From positions 16,612-80,611 of the forward strand of contig CAYYMH010000008.1 in assembly GCA_964472785.1 (NCBI GenBank): a stretch of 64,000 bases of DNA, written 5' to 3'. The notes below the pieces were generated by a model. It was not told the DNA's origin. It did no database searches and saw only the letters and a list, made by a program, of their open reading frames with translations. Within the stretch, counting starts at the first letter, position 1; every line of letters begins with the position of its first letter. Source of the stretch: an uncultured Cytophagia bacterium (GTDB lineage: Bacteria; Zhuqueibacterota; Zhuqueibacteria; Thermofontimicrobiales; Thermofontimicrobiaceae). The position numbers were made by a program, and so were the translations under genes. Shown here piece by piece: positions 59,802 to 64,000 of the stretch.

Positions 59802-60608
59802 ATGATTGAATTCACCAAACTCTCAGGAACCGGTAACGACTTCATTTTATTCGACAATCGAAATAAAAGATACAGCGGAACAGAAAACGAATATTTCAAA
59901 AAAATTTGTCAAAGACGCGTGGCTGTCGGAGCAGATGGTATTTTACTGATTGAGAACAGCGAAAAATTCGATTTTTCATTAAGCTATTTTAATTCGGACG
60001 GTTCAGTCGGAGAAATGTGCGGTAATGGCGCCCGGTCGGCTGCCTATTTTGCTTTTATTGAGAAAATCGCTCCGGCGGACATGCGATTCGATGTCCTCGG
60101 CGTTCCATATCAGGCAAAGATTGAAAATGATGGAGTAAGTTTATTCATGCCGCCACCCAAGGAAATCAAAGAGTATCCAGAGGCATTGGAGGACCCGGAT
60201 TTCCAAGAAGGCGGTTATCTTAACGTGGGCGTACCTCACTATGTGTTGTTTGTCAAGGATGTGCAACGTGTGGATGTTGAGCAGGCGGGACGAAAATATC
60301 GTTTCCACAAAGCTTTCCAACCGTGGGGTACGAATACGAATTTTGTCCAACTCATTGATCAGGATACAATTAAAATCCGAACATATGAACGGGGCGTCGA
60401 AGAAGAGACTTTAGCCTGTGGTACCGGTACTATTTCCGCGGCAATTTTAGCGCACAAGCAAAAAGGGATTCAATTGCCGGTCAAAGTTCACGCGCTGGGA
60501 GGCATACTGAGAGTTAATTTTGCCGATGACCTCTCCAGAATTACACTGGAAGGTCAGGTTAAAATCACCTATCAGGGCGAATTGGATGAAACATTATACG
60601 GACTTTGA
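59802..60608 (+). CDS. dapF: Diaminopimelate epimerase
   Basis: GTGNDFILFD, EMCGNGARS, ACGTGT (two catalytic Cys). Confidence 0.9.
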   Translation: MIEFTKLSGTGNDFILFDNRNKRYSGTENEYFKKICQRRVAVGADGILLIENSEKFDFSLSYFNSDGSVGEMCGNGARSAAYFAFIEKIAPADMRFDVLGVPYQAKIENDGVSLFMPPPKEIKEYPEALEDPDFQEGGYLNVGVPHYVLFVKDVQRVDVEQAGRKYRFHKAFQPWGTNTNFVQLIDQDTIKIRTYERGVEEETLACGTGTISAAILAHKQKGIQLPVKVHALGGILRVNFADDLSRITLEGQVKITYQGELDETLYGL

Positions 60609-60677
60609 TCCGTTCAAACCTTGCACGAAGCAGAAATAATTTAATTCCACTTGAAATGTTGATTCAGGTTATCAGTT

Positions 60678-62855
60678 ATGAAAAAAAGTCTTTTGGAAAG
60701 AATACTAATCGGACTTATGTTAGGGATTTCAGCGGCGACTGTTGTTTTTATCATTACCGAATTACTTTTCCCCACGGTTTTCGACAATTTCGAAGCCCAA
60801 ACATTGGATCAACGTTATACCCTCCGAATCCACAAATTGGAAAAGGCCCGAGCCGACGCGAAAATCGAAGATATTATCATCGTTGACATCGACAATCGAA
60901 GTTTAAATAAATTAGGCCGGTTTCACCAATGGCCCCGGGATTATTACGCTGCACTGACAAACAAATTAGCCGATGCCGGTGCCATCGTTATTGGTTTTGA
61001 TATTCTGTTTATGGAACGCGATGTTGATCGGGCTACAGATAGTTTGTTTGTGGAGGCGACAGATTATGCGCAGAATGTTTCTCATGCTCTGTCCTTTTCG
61101 GAAGCGGAGCCGGATAAATTTTTATACAAAATGGAATCACCGCCCCCTGGCTTGGAATTCGAAAAATTTTCCTATCAATTCCCTCCGCCAATTCAGAACA
61201 TATTCCCCAAATCAGATCGATTCGATGGAAAATTTATCGAGCTTTACAACGCCTCCCAACAATTGGGTTTTGTCAATTTCCAACCGGACAACGACAGCGT
61301 GATCCGGAAGATGCCTTTGTTTATGAATTTTGCAGACCGTCTTTACCCCTCGCTCCCGTTGGCAATGGTCTTTTATTTGTTCGATATTCAGCAGGATCAG
61401 ATTCAAATTGACCCCGGGAAGTCTGTCAAGCTCAATATCACATCTGAAAGCGGTTCTGAAACTGTAAACTTACCCATCGACCAGAAGGGAAATTTATTAA
61501 TTAACTATTACGGCACCTATCAAACCTTTCGTTATATTCCTTTCTACGATGTTTATGCAAACCGGGTCCCGGCTGAATTTTTTCAGGGAAAAATTGTATT
61601 GTTCGGCGCTACTGCCGCTGGATTGTATGATATGCGTCCTGTACCGTTTCAGAAAGCATTCCCGGGTGTGGAAATTCACGCGAACATTCTTTACAATATT
61701 TTGAATCAGGACTTTATCACTAAAACATCTGCTTTGCTCAATATCATCATTCTGTTCACGCTATGTATTTTGATCGGGATTTTTTCTTCATCCTTTAAAA
61801 TGATTTATAATATTCCCTTTTTATTGTTGGTGGCAGCAGGTTTTGTTTTTTACACCCATCATGCCTTTCAAAATCAAAATTTATGGATCGAAAATGTACA
61901 ACCATTTATCGGCATCATGTTAAGTCAAGTGGCTGTACTGGGTTACAAATATTTCAATGAATTAAAAGATAAACGCCGCATCAAAGGCATGTTTCAAAAT
62001 TACCTTTCGCCGACAGTTGTCAGTGAGCTGCTCAAAAAACCGGATATGTTGAAATTGGGCGGGGAGCGGAAAATCGCCACTGCCTTTTTTTCTGACATAA
62101 AAAACTTCACCACATTTTCGGAAGACCTGCAACCGGAAGAATTAGTCATGGACTTGAATGAGTATCTTTCCGCGATGACCGAAATTGTGCTAAAATATGA
62201 GGGCTATTTAGATAAGTATGAGGGCGACGCCATTGTTGCCATTTTTGGCATTCCCATCAAACAATCGGATCATGCGCTCCGTTCCTGTAAAGCTGCCCTT
62301 GATATGCAAAAGAAATTAGTTGAATTGAGAAAAAAATGGAAAAGCGAAAAAAAGCCGCTTTTTGAAACACGGATCGGGATCAATTCCGGACCGATGATCG
62401 CGGGAAATATTGGCGGTACAGACCGTTTTGATTATACTGTGATTGGTGACAGCGTGAATTTAGCTTCCCGTCTTGAAGGCGCAAACAAAATGTACGGCAC
62501 ATCAATTATAATTAGTGAAGAGAGTTATCGACAGGTGAAAAATGAATTGATTTGCCGGGAGCTTGATTTTCTTCGCGTCAAAGGAAAAACGAAACCTGTC
62601 CGGGTTTATGAATTATTAGGCAGAAAAGGAGAAAAGTTCGACCCAAAATCGATACAGTGTTTGGGATATTTTGCAAAAGGTTTAAAAACATACCGAAAAC
62701 GGGACTGGATTCATGCGTACGATATTTTCCAAAAAGCATTATCCATTTGTCCGGATGATGGCCCGTCAAATGAATTCATTCGCCGCTGCAAAATATTTAT
62801 CGAAAATCCCCGCCCTGATGACTGGGATGGTGTTTTTGAATTAAGAAGTAAATAA
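60678..62855 (+). CDS. CHASE2 sensor domain - class III adenylate/guanylate cyclase
   Basis: N-terminal TM plus extracytoplasmic CHASE2-like region, 3 TM, then the cyclase core FSDIKNFTTFSE...YEGDAIVAIFG...GDSVNLASRLEG. Confidence 0.85.
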   Translation: MKKSLLERILIGLMLGISAATVVFIITELLFPTVFDNFEAQTLDQRYTLRIHKLEKARADAKIEDIIIVDIDNRSLNKLGRFHQWPRDYYAALTNKLADAGAIVIGFDILFMERDVDRATDSLFVEATDYAQNVSHALSFSEAEPDKFLYKMESPPPGLEFEKFSYQFPPPIQNIFPKSDRFDGKFIELYNASQQLGFVNFQPDNDSVIRKMPLFMNFADRLYPSLPLAMVFYLFDIQQDQIQIDPGKSVKLNITSESGSETVNLPIDQKGNLLINYYGTYQTFRYIPFYDVYANRVPAEFFQGKIVLFGATAAGLYDMRPVPFQKAFPGVEIHANILYNILNQDFITKTSALLNIIILFTLCILIGIFSSSFKMIYNIPFLLLVAAGFVFYTHHAFQNQNLWIENVQPFIGIMLSQVAVLGYKYFNELKDKRRIKGMFQNYLSPTVVSELLKKPDMLKLGGERKIATAFFSDIKNFTTFSEDLQPEELVMDLNEYLSAMTEIVLKYEGYLDKYEGDAIVAIFGIPIKQSDHALRSCKAALDMQKKLVELRKKWKSEKKPLFETRIGINSGPMIAGNIGGTDRFDYTVIGDSVNLASRLEGANKMYGTSIIISEESYRQVKNELICRELDFLRVKGKTKPVRVYELLGRKGEKFDPKSIQCLGYFAKGLKTYRKRDWIHAYDIFQKALSICPDDGPSNEFIRRCKIFIENPRPDDWDGVFELRSK

Positions 62856-62866
62856 CAGGTCAAACG

Positions 62867-63355
62867 ATGAATCCCCAATATATTGTCGACGGATACAATT
62901 TTATTCATAAAATTCCCAGATTTGCGAAAGCATTGCGAGAAAGCCTGGAGCGTTCACGCAACGAATTAATCTTATTTATCCGTGGTTACCAATCTGCCAA
63001 GAAAATAAATATCACTCTCGTATTTGATGGCGCAGATGTCGGGATTGTAGATCCTGCTCATCAATCTTCATTGCGGCTTAAAATCTTTTACTCCAATTCT
63101 CCTGAAAAAGCTGATCCGCTGATAAAACGGTTGATCAAAAAAACGAAGAACAAGAAATCAGTTATTTTAGTTTCCGCAGATCAGGAGTTAGTGAATTACG
63201 CGAAAAACATGGGCGCGACCAGTGTCTCACCCGCGTCGTTTTATTCGATTTTGAGTAAACACGAAGTCCATGATGAAATATATCAAAAATATAATCAACC
63301 CCTGTCTCATGAAGAAATTGAGGAGTGGTTGAAAATATTTGGAGACGATTCATAG
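62867..63355 (+). CDS. NYN/PIN-like domain protein of the YacP (Rae1-like) family
   Basis: YIVDGYNFIHKIP...LVFDGAD...ILVSADQEL is a YacP-type NYN fold pattern. Confidence 0.65.
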   Translation: MNPQYIVDGYNFIHKIPRFAKALRESLERSRNELILFIRGYQSAKKINITLVFDGADVGIVDPAHQSSLRLKIFYSNSPEKADPLIKRLIKKTKNKKSVILVSADQELVNYAKNMGATSVSPASFYSILSKHEVHDEIYQKYNQPLSHEEIEEWLKIFGDDS

Positions 63356-64000
63356 TGGCGAAGACGATAAACAAAGAAGAACGGCTTCTGCAGAAACGAA
63401 AATTTTATGTCAGATTTTTGGTGATCTTTACCGTATTTATGCTGCTGGCATTCAATTTGGGGAGCTGGTTGTTTTTCAACCGAATGGATGACTATTTGGA
63501 ACGCGAACTGGAGAAACGGCTTAAGGCAATTGCCAGTCTGAACTCGAAATCTATTGAAGCCGATTACATCGAGGAAATGAATTCGTTCCAAGAAAACCGT
63601 CTTGTGCGCCTGTTGATTCGCCAGCAACTGAACCGATTGGTGTATGACTTTGAGCTTGAATCTGCCTTTGTGATCGATCGAAATAATGTGGTATTGATTG
63701 ATCCGCAAAGCAAATTTCCCGAGGGACAGTCACTCACATATTTGCAGCAGGACAGCGCAGCCATTGAACTCGCCTGGTCCGGTCAGATCGCTGCATCGCC
63801 GATCCATTTTGTTGAAGGGAACAAATTCAAAAGTGTTTACGCTCCCCTGCGAGATGAATTTTTCTCCGTATCCGCTCTGCTGGTGCTCGAAGCCAGCGCC
63901 GATTTTTTTGAGTTGCTGGACGTTTTCAAACAAGGACTCATCGTTGGCGGATTAGTCAGTTTTGGACTAATTGTTGTATTCGCATTTTTTATTTCATGGA
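63355..64000 (+). CDS. 5' part of a membrane sensor protein (two TM helices flanking a periplasmic domain; probably a sensor kinase or cyclase), which continues past the window end
   Basis: Not in the ORF track because it has no stop in the window. I translated frame 1 from the GTG at 63355, which overlaps the TAG of the NYN gene: VAKTINKEERLLQKRKFYVRFLVIFTVFMLLAFNLGSW...GLIVGGLVSFGLIVVFAFFISW, with no stop over 215 codons. Confidence 0.5.
   Translation, partial: MAKTINKEERLLQKRKFYVRFLVIFTVFMLLAFNLGSWLFFNRMDDYLERELEKRLKAIASLNSKSIEADYIEEMNSFQENRLVRLLIRQQLNRLVYDFELESAFVIDRNNVVLIDPQSKFPEGQSLTYLQQDSAAIELAWSGQIAASPIHFVEGNKFKSVYAPLRDEFFSVSALLVLEASADFFELLDVFKQGLIVGGLVSFGLIVVFAFFISW

Noticed and set aside
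60605-60886. 93-aa ORF bridging dapF and the cyclase gene
   Set aside because: It overlaps the dapF stop and the cyclase start in a third frame, with low-complexity RS-rich translation.
63698-63955. 85-aa plus-strand ORF and the minus-strand ORFs 63307-63764
   Set aside because: All overlap a longer uninterrupted frame-1 ORF (63355 to window end) with clear TM helices. They are treated as shadows.

Overview
The window is a 64-kb stretch of bacterial chromosome, about 40-42% GC. Three secreted proteins end in a Por/type IX secretion (T9SS) C-terminal sorting domain, which points to an FCB-superphylum-like organism. Two upstream regions nevertheless carry textbook sigma70 promoters (TTGACA-N17-TATATT), not the Bacteroidetes promoter type. 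Most genes are housekeeping (named below by their E. coli/B. subtilis orthologues): a bifunctional otsA-otsB fusion, tex, sppA, rocD, rplM-rpsI, rpsB-tsf-pyrH-frr with a clean intrinsic terminator, fabH, dacB-like PBP4, xth, lysA, dapF, sfsA, a nitroreductase and an M28-PDZ peptidase. The accessory parts are:
1. A vitamin B12 capture and salvage locus on the minus strand (41.4-49.2 kb). A clearly recognisable cobalamin riboswitch (B12 box AAGCCAGGAGACCTGCC) sits with a terminator-type expression platform in front of a BtuB-like TonB-dependent receptor. Next comes a YVTN beta-propeller protein that carries a T9SS sorting domain, and which I infer to be a BtuG-like surface B12 binder. BtuF, BtuD, BtuC and a CobO adenosyltransferase follow.
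2. A low-GC (~30%) island at 29.3-32.6 kb encoding a T9SS-sorted putative C10 (streptopain-like) cysteine peptidase. It is flanked by about 600 bp of non-coding DNA on each side, with a 14-nt poly-C tract upstream and a nested-hairpin element downstream.
3. An IS200/RAYT-like HUH transposase (14.9-15.4 kb) immediately preceded by a perfect 14-bp inverted-repeat hairpin, and, 800 bp upstream, a 140-bp element bracketed by perfect 16-bp inverted repeats.
4. A frameshifted fpg at an A6/T6 run.
5. A GldA/GldF/GldG-like ABC cluster with a DUF4340 gene.
6. A CHASE2 adenylate cyclase followed by a NYN-domain gene and a sensor gene with overlapping starts.
7. A 670-bp ORF-free, palindrome-rich spacer between lysA and dapF.
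No CRISPR array, tRNA, rRNA or recognisable defence system was found. All calls rest on reading the supplied translations and the DNA; no database search was run.
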